DNA of 64,000 nucleotides from Planctomycetaceae bacterium (GTDB lineage: Bacteria > Planctomycetota > Planctomycetia > Planctomycetales > Planctomycetaceae), in NCBI GenBank assembly GCA_965660145.1, contig CBFHYX010000023.1:1-64000 (forward strand), in the 5' to 3' direction. The position numbers and the translations under genes are program-made. Below, piece after piece: positions 9,462 to 19,286 of the stretch. How positions within the stretch are numbered: position 1 is the stretch's first letter; each line of letters begins with the position of its first letter. Under the pieces are notes generated by a model. It was not told where the DNA came from. It was given only the letters and a program-made list of their open reading frames with translations, and did not search any database.

Positions 9462-12400
9462 TTATTGTTTTTTGGGAGGTGGGCCGGTTTGGTCGAGCAG
9501 AAATTTCATCAGAGAGTAGAAATCATCGGGAGGAAGGTCGCGAGCAATACTTTCCGGCATCAAAGATAACGGAGATTTGTTCGATTCCTCAATCTCCTCA
9601 GCAGAGAGAAATATTTCTTTTCCTTTGTTATCGGCGAGAATCCATTTGTCGCCTTCTTTGCGGCGAAATAGCCCGGTGATCACTTTACCTTCAGTCGTGA
9701 CGATTGTCATCGAATGAAAGGCCACATCGACGTTTTGATTCGGATCGAGTGTGTCTTCAAACAACCGGGAAGCACCACGATTCCCGATCCCATTCAGTTG
9801 TGGACCGATAAGTGCCCCTTTTCCGGTAATCTGATGACAGTTTTGGCAGTTCTTTTCAAAAATCAGACGTCCTGCTGCGGCCGTAACTGTTTTCGCTGGG
9901 TACTCCTTTAATCGTGCCGCGATCAATAATTTCAGTTCTGCGGAGACATCGGGTAGGTTTTTGGTCAATTCGGCGATGGTTTTCTTCTGTTCGGGTGAGG
10001 CGACCGCATCGAGCTTGGCTGCAATTTCTTGGCGTTGCAATAAACGCGAAGAGAGATGCCCGACTGTTAGCATATCGAACATACACTCCCGTCCCGCGAC
10101 ACTATTCGTCAGCCCCACGATTAACATTTGCTGTACATCAGAGGGAAGCTGTTTGACAAATGTTGACAGTTCTTTTGTGGTGAGGTCTCGATCATTGAGA
10201 ATCGCCTCTACAATTTGCGTACGCACTGCTGCTGGAAGGTTGGGAGATTGCAGACCGTTTGCCAGACTCGCCAATAGCGGAGCCTGCTGTTGTTGTAGGT
10301 AGGCGGAAGCGAGCAAGTGTTGAGCTTCCGGGTGGTCTTTAGCTTGTCTTAGAAATGATTTGAGTTCTGACTGTTTATTGTCGAGTTGGAAACCCTGTTG
10401 AAGTCGAGCAACATTGACGAGAAGGGCCGCTTCGTATTTTGGGGGAAAGTTTGGAATCGAGATGACATCCGGTTCAATCCTTCCGAAGGCGAGCCACGCA
10501 TAAGCACCACCGGAGTCTCCATCCGTTGCCCGCAAATACACTTTTTGTCCATTGAGCGGTTCAAGATTCCAGACGGTTTGTTGCGCGGTGTCATTACGCG
10601 GAGGAAATACGATTTTCAATATTTTGTCGTTTTCGGCATCATGGAGTGTCACTCGGTTTAGATGATGGGCCTCTTTTGTGGGAAATCCCCCATGACCACA
10701 AAGATAGAAACGGAGTTCAGACGGAGCGTTGAACACTGGGGACCGGAACGTCCCAGTCAGTTGTTCTCCATGGGGATGGCTGCTGATCAGACCGACTGTC
10801 TTCCCATCCGCGCAAGGACGCGACTGCAAATCCCAGGGATCTCGTTCGGCATAAACGGAACTCCAACCCGTCTCTATGTGTGTATTGACCTTGGTAAGAT
10901 CAATAAAGAGATCATCGGCCCAGCCCATCAGTTCAGAACTTTTCTGAGAGCGTGCCTTCCCAAGAGTTTCTCGAATGGAAAACAACAGTGGAAGCTGTTG
11001 TCCCCACTGCCCGTCTAATTGCTGACGTATGAGTTGAACAACATCCGGGATACGATTCTCTGGCAAAGTGTTTACGATATGCTCCAGAAACTCTGGAGAA
11101 CGATTCGCTTCATCAGGAAATACACGGAGATAATCGAGGAGATAAATCCCCGCTGATTCTGTTTTCATCCCCAACATGATCCCGGCCACGAGCCGCGATC
11201 GCTGAGCTGTCGCCGATGAAGGAGTTTGGTGTGCCGCAAAGTCATTGTCCCGGCTAAAGAGGTCGCGAAGCGACATGCGAGTTGCGTGAAACAGGATTGC
11301 ATCATCTAGTGGAATCGCTTCAAGCTTCCTCAACAACAACTCTTCGAGGGCGATTGACGAAATCCCATGTCTACCCAACACTTCGGTCGCTGCGAGTTGA
11401 ACAAACGAATCTTCATCGTTGAGCAGATATTCACATGACGATATCGCTACCGGTGGAGGAGAGAGCATCTCATGAATTACTTTGAGTGTATGTAATCGTA
11501 CGAGTGGTGACGGATGTTTCATCAACTTTTGATAATCAAGCTGTTCCGTTACCTTCAGTCGATACAGTACCCACATCGCATGTGCCACAATCGAAGGCTT
11601 GGAATTGTTCTCCACCGCTGTGTACAACGCCGAAATGGCGGCTTCACCGACTGTGTCCGACAAATAGTCAGCGATCAGCATACGGCGTGTCTGATTCGGA
11701 TGGCCCAACTCCTGAATCAGTTCGGGAAGAGCATATTTCGAGACCCTTTTTTGCGAATGCAAACGTCCGGCATGATCGGAAGCGCTGTAGGTGATTCGCC
11801 AGATACGCCCACTGGTACGGTCGCGTCCCGGATGATCGAGGGGAACTTCGTAATGTCCGATAATGCGATTGTAGAAGTCGGCCACATAGAGCGCACCATC
11901 TGGTCCAAGTTGTACATCAACGGGACGGAACCATGGATCGCTGGTGGAAAGAAAGTCCGGTTCCTCAACCGCTTTCACTGTTGCTCCGTGATACTTAAGT
12001 CGATTGCGATTGATGCGGCTGGTCATCACATTGCCGGAAAACATATTCCCACGGAATTCTTGAGGGAAAAGATCATCTTCATAAATGGCCACGCCCGAGA
12101 TCGCGGTTGAACCGTGAAGGTGCTCCATCATGGGAGGCACATGCCCCAGGCCATCATGAGGCTTTCCGAAGCTGGGGTAATAGCCTCCCTCGATGAGTTG
12201 ATAGATCGGTTTGGAATGACAGTCGGCTGTAAAGAGATTCCCGCGCGAGTCCTGAACCATCCCAAAAGGATTCACCTGACCATGAGTAAAGTGTTCGATA
12301 CGTCGCCCATCGGTACGAATCCGATAAGTATTCCCGGATTGCATCTGAATCTGATGTCCGTCCGCACCGGCGACCGAGGTTTCGTTATTGAATCCGTGAC

Positions 12401-12965
12401 AGGCATACATCCAACCATCGAAGCCGCGTGTAAAACCATTATTCATGCCGTGCGTGTCACGTTCGAATCCCATTGGTCCATAGAGAATCGTCCGCTTATC
12501 GGCTTTGTCGTCTCCATTGGTATCTTCCAGATACCAGATATTGGGAATGCTCCAGACAATCACCCCGCGTTTATACGGGTGCAAGCCGATGGGGATATTC
12601 AATCCGTCGGCGAAAGTCACAATTTTGTCAAATTTCCCATCACCCGTAGTGTCTTCAAAGATCTTGATGCAATCTTGCGGCTGACGATCTGCCGGCGCCG
12701 CATACGGATACTCCTGCGACATCGAAGCCCACAGGCGACCATGAATGTCGAAGGCGAGATTCATCGGTTTGAGAATATCGGGCTCAGCAGCGACCAATTG
12801 AATTTGAAACCCCGGTGGCAGACGGAAAGTCTGTCGCTGCTCTTCAGGTGTCAGAGGGTCGGTGGGCCGGACGGTGGAACGAAACTGATCCTCATCCTGC
12901 GCAACTCCACAAACAGCCGAAGAGAGAGCGATCACCAGCGCAGTGAAAAGTTGAAGTTTGAGCAC
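9462..12965 (-). CDS. giant secreted protein: membrane-bound dehydrogenase-like beta-propeller domain, HEAT repeats and a C-terminal PVC-type heme-binding CxxCH domain
   Basis: Signal peptide, PVDVQLGPDGALYVADFY (sugar/sorbosone dehydrogenase-like propeller), central helical repeats, C-terminal CQNCHQITGKG (cytochrome c CxxCH). GTG start 5 nt after the upstream sulfatase stop. Confidence 0.85.
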   Translation of the reverse strand: MLKLQLFTALVIALSSAVCGVAQDEDQFRSTVRPTDPLTPEEQRQTFRLPPGFQIQLVAAEPDILKPMNLAFDIHGRLWASMSQEYPYAAPADRQPQDCIKIFEDTTGDGKFDKIVTFADGLNIPIGLHPYKRGVIVWSIPNIWYLEDTNGDDKADKRTILYGPMGFERDTHGMNNGFTRGFDGWMYACHGFNNETSVAGADGHQIQMQSGNTYRIRTDGRRIEHFTHGQVNPFGMVQDSRGNLFTADCHSKPIYQLIEGGYYPSFGKPHDGLGHVPPMMEHLHGSTAISGVAIYEDDLFPQEFRGNMFSGNVMTSRINRNRLKYHGATVKAVEEPDFLSTSDPWFRPVDVQLGPDGALYVADFYNRIIGHYEVPLDHPGRDRTSGRIWRITYSASDHAGRLHSQKRVSKYALPELIQELGHPNQTRRMLIADYLSDTVGEAAISALYTAVENNSKPSIVAHAMWVLYRLKVTEQLDYQKLMKHPSPLVRLHTLKVIHEMLSPPPVAISSCEYLLNDEDSFVQLAATEVLGRHGISSIALEELLLRKLEAIPLDDAILFHATRMSLRDLFSRDNDFAAHQTPSSATAQRSRLVAGIMLGMKTESAGIYLLDYLRVFPDEANRSPEFLEHIVNTLPENRIPDVVQLIRQQLDGQWGQQLPLLFSIRETLGKARSQKSSELMGWADDLFIDLTKVNTHIETGWSSVYAERDPWDLQSRPCADGKTVGLISSHPHGEQLTGTFRSPVFNAPSELRFYLCGHGGFPTKEAHHLNRVTLHDAENDKILKIVFPPRNDTAQQTVWNLEPLNGQKVYLRATDGDSGGAYAWLAFGRIEPDVISIPNFPPKYEAALLVNVARLQQGFQLDNKQSELKSFLRQAKDHPEAQHLLASAYLQQQQAPLLASLANGLQSPNLPAAVRTQIVEAILNDRDLTTKELSTFVKQLPSDVQQMLIVGLTNSVAGRECMFDMLTVGHLSSRLLQRQEIAAKLDAVASPEQKKTIAELTKNLPDVSAELKLLIAARLKEYPAKTVTAAAGRLIFEKNCQNCHQITGKGALIGPQLNGIGNRGASRLFEDTLDPNQNVDVAFHSMTIVTTEGKVITGLFRRKEGDKWILADNKGKEIFLSAEEIEESNKSPLSLMPESIARDLPPDDFYSLMKFLLDQTGPPPKKQ

Positions 12966-12970
12966 GAGAG

Positions 12971-14443
12971 TTATTTTTTCTTCTGAGATTTATTCTTATT
13001 GCCGCCGAGCGAAGGATGCTTGGGGCCGCCACCTAAATACGGATAGCTATCGAAGTCGATGTCACTATCAATCACCCGAGGATCACCGGTCGATTTGAGA
13101 CGTTGCATCAGATCGGCGATCAATCGCTTCCTTATCCCTTGGTATTTCGGCTGATTGGCCACGTTTTGTACCTGTTGGGGATCGTTCGATAAATCGTATA
13201 GCTCGATTTCAGGTCGCTTGCCAAAGCAAAGCTCGTAAGCACGGCGATGTTCTGAATCTTTATCTTTATTAGCCACAATGTAACTTTTGGTTGGTCCGTT
13301 ATCGGTATCGCCATACCAGGTGCCCGGCACAGCGGCTTGTTCATAGAGAGGAGTTCCATTCGGCCAACGCTGCGGTTTGAAGTTAACGATTAGGAAGTAG
13401 TCATCGGTTCGCAACCCGCGTGATGGATATCCTCCCATTTCGGGAGACTCCTGAGACGGCACATGCCGCTCTTTCCCCACGAGAATCGAGTTCCAATCCT
13501 TCTGAACACGTCCTGATTGATCGGACTGGAATAATGTCATCAAGCTGCGGCCCGTCATCTCTTCTGGGATAGGCAACCCAACGGCATCTAGGAAGGTCGG
13601 ACCAAAATCTGTCGTCGAAACAAAATCGGTCACTACACGACCTGGCTTGATTTTGTCCCCCCAGCGAGCAGCGAGGGGTACACGAGAACCAATGTCATAC
13701 AGATTACTCTTACAACGCGGGAACGGCATCCCATGGTCGCCCGTCATCAGAATGAGAGTGTTGTCGAGTTCTCCCATCTCTTCGAGTGTTTTAAGAGCAT
13801 CACCGACCAACGAATCAAATCGTTGAACTTCAAAATAGTAATCAGCAATATCACTGCGAATCTCATCAGAATCGGGATAGCAAGCGGGGAGAGGAACCTT
13901 GCTGACATCCATGCCGGCTTCCTTTCCCGAACCAAGTTTGTACGGCCGGTGAGGATCGCTACTACCGAGCCAATAACAAAACGGCTGCCCTTCTTCCCGA
14001 GTCTTCACAAACTCCTGAAAATTTTTGCATCGTTTACCGGCAAGCTCGCGCGTAGCCGTTTCAGGCTTCCCCGGCCCCCAGGCTTTTCCTGAATGCCCGG
14101 TGGCATAACCTGATTTGCGGATGATGTCTTCGTAAGTCGTGAACTTGTCAGGAAAAATGCTCCACAAGTTGCCAGCCCCTTCCAGTCTCCAATGCCATTG
14201 CCCGGTAAGAATCGCACCGCGAGACGGAGTACAAGATGGAGACGAAATGAAAGCGTGCTCGAACAGAACTCCTTCTTTGGACAGACGATCAAAGGTGGGT
14301 GTTTTGACGACCGGATCGCCATAGGCTCCTGCGTGTGGCCAACCCCAATCGTCAGCAATGGCAAACAGTATGTTTGGCTGTTTGGCCGATGCGACAGAAC
14401 AACCAGCAAACAAGAGTATGAAACAGACAAGACGACGTAACAT
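12971..14443 (-). CDS. formylglycine-dependent sulfatase (arylsulfatase family)
   Basis: Signal peptide, then SSPSCTPSRGAILTGQ (C-x-P-x-R sulfatase signature) and ADDWGW metal-binding N-terminus. Lys-rich C-tail. Confidence 0.9.
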   Translation of the reverse strand: MLRRLVCFILLFAGCSVASAKQPNILFAIADDWGWPHAGAYGDPVVKTPTFDRLSKEGVLFEHAFISSPSCTPSRGAILTGQWHWRLEGAGNLWSIFPDKFTTYEDIIRKSGYATGHSGKAWGPGKPETATRELAGKRCKNFQEFVKTREEGQPFCYWLGSSDPHRPYKLGSGKEAGMDVSKVPLPACYPDSDEIRSDIADYYFEVQRFDSLVGDALKTLEEMGELDNTLILMTGDHGMPFPRCKSNLYDIGSRVPLAARWGDKIKPGRVVTDFVSTTDFGPTFLDAVGLPIPEEMTGRSLMTLFQSDQSGRVQKDWNSILVGKERHVPSQESPEMGGYPSRGLRTDDYFLIVNFKPQRWPNGTPLYEQAAVPGTWYGDTDNGPTKSYIVANKDKDSEHRRAYELCFGKRPEIELYDLSNDPQQVQNVANQPKYQGIRKRLIADLMQRLKSTGDPRVIDSDIDFDSYPYLGGGPKHPSLGGNKNKSQKKK

Positions 14444-14470
14444 GTTAAACGCTTTCAGTGAGGTACATGA

Positions 14471-15103
14471 TTATTCGTGTTCGATGGATTTTTGAAAACG
14501 CTCCGCCAACAATTCGCGAGCTGACTCCAACCCTCGACGTACAGTTCGCTCAGAGCGATCAATTTCGACGGCAATTTCAGAAGTATCATGCCCCTGAAGC
14601 GTGAGTTCCAGAATGCGGCGATGAACTTCGGGGAGCTGGGTCATGACTTGTTCCAGTTCTTCAGTCATGCCAAGCAACTCCGTGACGGAGGGTGCTTTCA
14701 CAAATACTTCAGGATTGATCATGGGGCGAGAGTTATCGTCTTTCCCGCCACTCATCATGCTCTCTTCGACTTTGATCGAGCGTTTCTGAGCGGAATGGAA
14801 TTCGACCTGACCGTGCAGCTTGTTCATCACAATTGCTGCCAGCAATCGCCATAAATCTCCGCTCTTTTCCAATGTATACCGGTCGTCAGCAGCACCTCGA
14901 AAAAAACTGCGATAGGCCGATTGAACAATATCCTCGGGATCAACGCGCCGAGCCATTTTGGGTGACAGCCGAGTGCGTGCGAGTGCCGTCAATCGCATCA
15001 GGTATTGATCAAAAATTTCTTGTGCAGCGGATTCGTCACCGGATTTCCAACGGTCGAGGAGTTCGGCTCCTTCGTTTTCATCATCGTCTGGAGAGTTGCC
15101 CAT
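14471..15103 (-). CDS. ECF-type RNA polymerase sigma-70 factor (planctomycete-expanded TIGR02999-like type)
   Basis: LLDRWKSGDESAAQEIFDQY...DIVQSAYRSFF (region 2) and C-terminal region-4 HTH ...HDTSEIAVEIDRSERTVRRGL. ATG at 15103 chosen; the ORF track extends to 15274. Confidence 0.75.
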   Translation of the reverse strand: MGNSPDDDENEGAELLDRWKSGDESAAQEIFDQYLMRLTALARTRLSPKMARRVDPEDIVQSAYRSFFRGAADDRYTLEKSGDLWRLLAAIVMNKLHGQVEFHSAQKRSIKVEESMMSGGKDDNSRPMINPEVFVKAPSVTELLGMTEELEQVMTQLPEVHRRILELTLQGHDTSEIAVEIDRSERTVRRGLESARELLAERFQKSIEHE

Positions 15104-15162
15104 AAAGTTGTCTCGTGTGCTAGAAAGTGAAGTTCGTGTTGCGAATATTAGGCGAGTTTGTA

Positions 15163-16599
15163 TTACTTGTGTACAGATTCCAAATACGTTTTGTAAGCCG
15201 GTAGCACCGGATCGTCCGTTTCTATCATTTGCTTCAGCAGAAGATTCCTCCAACCATTTAATACTCCTTGGCATTCACTTAGCTTGGCCCAATTATGCAA
15301 CGCATCGGGATCCGAGTCATTGTCATATAATTCTTCAGGAGTTCGATACAAGAAATGCTTCACCCGTGCGGCAATTTCTGTATCCGTTTTCGCGGCTTCT
15401 TTCATGGCCTTCATCGTCAGACCCGCTTGCGACTCATTTTTGAAGACTTTTTGACCGTTGGACCAGCCGTTAAAAATGTAGCTCGCATTTCTGGTCATTA
15501 CACATCGCATCGGGTACTCGTTTTTCCCCGATGTCCGGTTGATTGAGGTGATAACGTAATTTCGATTCCTTTGAGACTTCCCCTTCAGGATCGGCAAGTA
15601 AGAACGACCGTCTACTCCCGGTAAGGGGGAGAGCCCAACCGCATCGAGAATGGTGGGCGTGTAATCAATTCCTGAAATCATATGCTCGCGGTCAATGCTA
15701 TCCGGCTTAACGACTCCCGGCCAACGTACAATCCAGGGAGTAATCGTCGAGTGTCGCCAGCAATTCGTTTTCGCAAAAGGTAGCGGCATGCCGTGATCCG
15801 AAGTGAAAACAACCAATGTATTGCGAGCGAGGCCCGATTCATCGAGCGCCTTCAGTAGAGAGCCAACAATCTCGTCAGCTCGATGGACGGACGCATAATA
15901 TTCAGACAGTTCCTGTCGTATCTCGGGAAGGTCGGGCAGGAATCCCGGAACGGGAACTTCTTGCGGATCAAATGTGCGGCTCACTTCGGTGTAGAATTTC
16001 GGGTCTTTCCGTTTGCCTTTGAGTCGTCCTTGCTCTTGTTGACTGTTGGCAAATGGCCGATGCGGATCTTGCGAATTGACCATCAAAAAGAATGGTTTGT
16101 CAGACTTAGCGACTTCTGAAAAGAATTTCTTCGACTGTTGATAGTATTTGGCCGGATCACGACCGACTCCCAGATCGTTCGCTTCAACGACAACATCCCA
16201 AGCTTTACCACGCGAGGGAACGACGTGTGGCACTTTCGCCATAATCCCGGTGTGATAGCCGGCATCATGCAGAGTCTCAAGAAGCGTAGCGACATCCTTA
16301 TTGATCCGGTCAAAACCAAGAGCCCCTGAACGATGGGGATAGCGACCCGTCATCCAGACTGCTCGCGTCGGCATACAAATTGCGATGGTGACGTGAGCAT
16401 GCTCGAACCGGAGTCCCTCGGTAGCCAGCTTGTCGATATTCGGTGTGATGTCGGGTATTGGACAGCCATAAACACCAATCGAATCGCGATTCATGTCATC
16501 GACTGTGATAAACAAAACATTCGGTCGGTCCGCCGCCGAGAGTGCAACAGCACCCAAAAACAGAGAGCAACCCACCAACCAAGTAACAACGGAACGCAT
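15163..16599 (-). CDS. formylglycine-dependent sulfatase
   Basis: Signal peptide, ITVDDMNRD, CMPTRAVWMTGRYPHRSG sulfatase signature. Confidence 0.9.
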   Translation of the reverse strand: MRSVVTWLVGCSLFLGAVALSAADRPNVLFITVDDMNRDSIGVYGCPIPDITPNIDKLATEGLRFEHAHVTIAICMPTRAVWMTGRYPHRSGALGFDRINKDVATLLETLHDAGYHTGIMAKVPHVVPSRGKAWDVVVEANDLGVGRDPAKYYQQSKKFFSEVAKSDKPFFLMVNSQDPHRPFANSQQEQGRLKGKRKDPKFYTEVSRTFDPQEVPVPGFLPDLPEIRQELSEYYASVHRADEIVGSLLKALDESGLARNTLVVFTSDHGMPLPFAKTNCWRHSTITPWIVRWPGVVKPDSIDREHMISGIDYTPTILDAVGLSPLPGVDGRSYLPILKGKSQRNRNYVITSINRTSGKNEYPMRCVMTRNASYIFNGWSNGQKVFKNESQAGLTMKAMKEAAKTDTEIAARVKHFLYRTPEELYDNDSDPDALHNWAKLSECQGVLNGWRNLLLKQMIETDDPVLPAYKTYLESVHK

Positions 16600-16669
16600 A
16601 ACAAACTCCGCGCAGAACGAAAATGTGTGAAACTCCCATTTTCAACACTCAGAGCTGCGAAGCAAGCAT

Positions 16670-17480
16670 TTAATTCCCAGAAGTTTCCGGCTTATTTTCA
16701 GGCGATTCTTCCAGTTGATTGCGTTCTTCCGATTCCAGTTTTATCTGATGTTCGACGGCTTTGTAATGCTCCCAGTTTCCTTCGGAGCCTGTCCGGCGAT
16801 TATCGAGGCTTTCCAGGGATGCGGCTTGTCCATAAAGCAGGAGTGTGTCACTGGAAGAAAGCTCGTTATGCCCTCTAGGCGCCCCGATGTTGGTGCCATC
16901 GGAGCGTTCAATTCCAAGAACCAGAATTCCTTCCTCACTGAGCCGCATTTCCATCAGCTTGCGATTCGCCAGCCAGTCATCATCTTGCACGGTCAGTTCC
17001 CCCACGACATAGTTTCCCGTGAGGTGTAATAGTCCCGCATAATCGCGTACTTCGATGTCCGTGTATTTCCCCAACATATAGGTAATCAGTCGAGAAATCT
17101 TTTTGAACGAGCCAGGAACTGTATGCCAGAAAAGAAAGCCCTGCGAGCCCCCCCGCCAGAACCGTGATACAAAACCAGAGATGATCGGTTATTGAGCCGT
17201 TCTCACTTTCAGATGTCAACGAGAGAAACAACGAGGAAATGACTGTCACAATTCCCGCGTTCCCAAGCAGCATCAGCAGCATGATGATCCGTCGACGAAC
17301 CGGATGTTGCATGATCTGTTCGGATTCTTGCGTCGTAAATCCTGAACCTGTAAATGCAGAACGTGCTTGAAATCGGGCCAATTCGCGAGAGAGTCCGGTC
17401 AGGGTCAACGCGACTGTCGCCACACGTACGATGAGCAAAGAGATCACCACCACAAACAGAAGAGAAAGAATGGCGATCAT
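16670..17480 (-). CDS. membrane protein with C-terminal TrkA-C (RCK_C) domain. It is split into two overlapping ORFs by an apparent 1-nt frameshift. Either a pseudogene or a consensus error.
   Basis: ORF 16980..17480 encodes 3-4 TM helices. ORF 16670..17077 encodes a TrkA-C domain (DYAGLLHLTGNYVVGELTV...GILVLGIERSDG...GDTLLLYG). The frames are +1 apart. Both remain open across a T5/A5 run at 17100-17104. Confidence 0.55.
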
Positions 17481-17563
17481 GGTGGTTGAATGGGGTTCCG
17501 CAGATAGTTAAAACGTGCGAAATCCTTTGATAGCAGACTTCCAGAGAATCTGCATCATCACGA

Positions 17564-18340
17564 TCATGCGGCTTTCCGCTCCCATTTCTGCTTCATCCGT
17601 TGAAAGCCACGTATCCAACGATCATAGTCCTCGGTTTTGAGTTCCATGAAATCTGCGACTCGTGCGTGAGGCAGCACCAGAAATTTCTCGGCTTTGATCG
17701 CTTCCAAGGTATCGATGGCGACTTGCTCGGCGGTCACCGCATCATCGGCCAGATATTGATGAATGGGGTCATCATGATCGAGAAATTTTGTGTCAACACC
17801 CAACGGACAGATACAGGAGACGTGCAAACCCGACCGACCATATTGAACGGCCAACCATTCCGCGAATGCCACATCCGCATGTTTCGTCACAGAATAAGGT
17901 GCCGAACCAACCTCGGTGAGCACCCCTGCCCCCGAAGCGGTTGTGACAAACGCACCTCCACCCCGTTCCAGCATCCGTGGAATCAGGTGCTTGGCGGCTG
18001 AGACGCGAGACATGACATTCACGTCCCATATTTTCTGCCACTGATCATAGGGAGTCTCAATTCCCCCTTTGAAAGTGATCCCCGCATTCGCACAGAAGAT
18101 TTTAATCGGCCCCACTTCGGCTTCGGTCTTGTCGATCAGATGCCGAATATCTTTTTCTTTGGAAACGTCGCAAGCAATAGCAACTCCATTGATACTTTCG
18201 GCAACATCCTGAGCCGCGTAGAAGTCGATATCAGATACCACGACCTTAGCAGCACCTTCGCGATCAAACTGACGTGCAAGTGCTTCTCCGATACCTCGAC
18301 CACCGCCCGTGACGACGACGACACAATCCTGAATATCCAT
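17564..18340 (-). CDS. SDR-family short-chain dehydrogenase/reductase
   Basis: VVVVTGGGRGIGEALARQF (TGxxxGxG Rossmann motif) and downstream SDR motifs. ATG at 18340. Confidence 0.9.
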   Translation of the reverse strand: MDIQDCVVVVTGGGRGIGEALARQFDREGAAKVVVSDIDFYAAQDVAESINGVAIACDVSKEKDIRHLIDKTEAEVGPIKIFCANAGITFKGGIETPYDQWQKIWDVNVMSRVSAAKHLIPRMLERGGGAFVTTASGAGVLTEVGSAPYSVTKHADVAFAEWLAVQYGRSGLHVSCICPLGVDTKFLDHDDPIHQYLADDAVTAEQVAIDTLEAIKAEKFLVLPHARVADFMELKTEDYDRWIRGFQRMKQKWERKAA

Positions 18341-18540
18341 GCGAAAGAATCCCAATTGACGCTGTCTTTATCGAGTTTGCGAACGACTATTGGAAAAATA
18401 ACAGATCCAAGAAAATGCACCAAGAGAGATCTGCGGAAGGAGATTAAAATGATATTTACTTATTTGAGAACACTACAATTCTGCAAAATGTGGAGATCTC
18501 TCCTTCTGACTGTTTCGTTCTGTAATTCAAGGAGGACGTA

Positions 18541-19215
18541 ATGACGACAGCAGCACAGGCTAAATCGCTCTGGCGAATCTATTTTACGGTTTTTCTGTCT
18601 CTTATTCTCGCGGGAATGATTGAAGAACTGCTACCAATATGTGCTCATTCTCCTTTTTCATCTCCCACGTTGGTATTTGGACTCTCCTCTGTCGGAAGTT
18701 TTGCAGGAATACTATGGCACAATTCATTTGTCCCAAAACAATCACACTTGAACGAAGTTTACCTTCTGGGAGCAGTTCGATTGTTGGCTGCTTCAGTATG
18801 TATGTTCTTCCCACTGTTGAGGAGAGACTGTCAGTTCAAACAAAAAACAAACATATTGAATGCACAAGAAACTCAATCCATAGAGTTCTACGACATTAAC
18901 CAAAAAGATTATGTGTTATGTGAATCTCGCCAGAACATTGACGACTTTATTTCTACTTTTGAAAATGTTGAATTCATGGATCGCCCACTCAAACATGAGC
19001 TTTTAAAACATAATCCAAGAGAATATCACATCACTCTCACTGAAATTTGTGACCATCAATCCGAGTATCACTTGAACCTCTACGTTGAAAAAGGAACGGC
19101 CACTTTAGTCCACGCCAATACCAATGGAGGTAGGCTTCAACTAACCAGCCCCTTGCATGTACCTGGTCTCTTCAATTGGCTGGAAGAGAGCGGTGAGAGC
19201 GCATTGATCGACTGA
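18541..19215 (+). CDS. hypothetical membrane protein (orphan, low GC)
   Basis: Two N-terminal hydrophobic helices, about 40% GC against about 50% for flanking DNA. A canonical AAGGAGG lies 5 nt before the ATG, which is unusual for this genome. Confidence 0.6.
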   Translation: MTTAAQAKSLWRIYFTVFLSLILAGMIEELLPICAHSPFSSPTLVFGLSSVGSFAGILWHNSFVPKQSHLNEVYLLGAVRLLAASVCMFFPLLRRDCQFKQKTNILNAQETQSIEFYDINQKDYVLCESRQNIDDFISTFENVEFMDRPLKHELLKHNPREYHITLTEICDHQSEYHLNLYVEKGTATLVHANTNGGRLQLTSPLHVPGLFNWLEESGESALID

Positions 19216-19286
19216 ACGATGACAAATTCGTCGCCGAGCATCTCGATGAATGGTTGAGCGGCTGATCTACTATGAGTGTGAGAATA

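Noticed and set aside
12971-13003. Lys-rich C-terminal tail (GGNKNKSQKKK) of sulfatase 1
   Set aside because: Probably plain low-complexity sequence. Too short to call a sorting signal.
17148-17154. C7/G7 homopolymer considered as the TrkA-C frameshift site
   Set aside because: A shift here would cut the final TM helix to 11 residues. The A5/T5 run at 17100-17104 gives a coherent protein.
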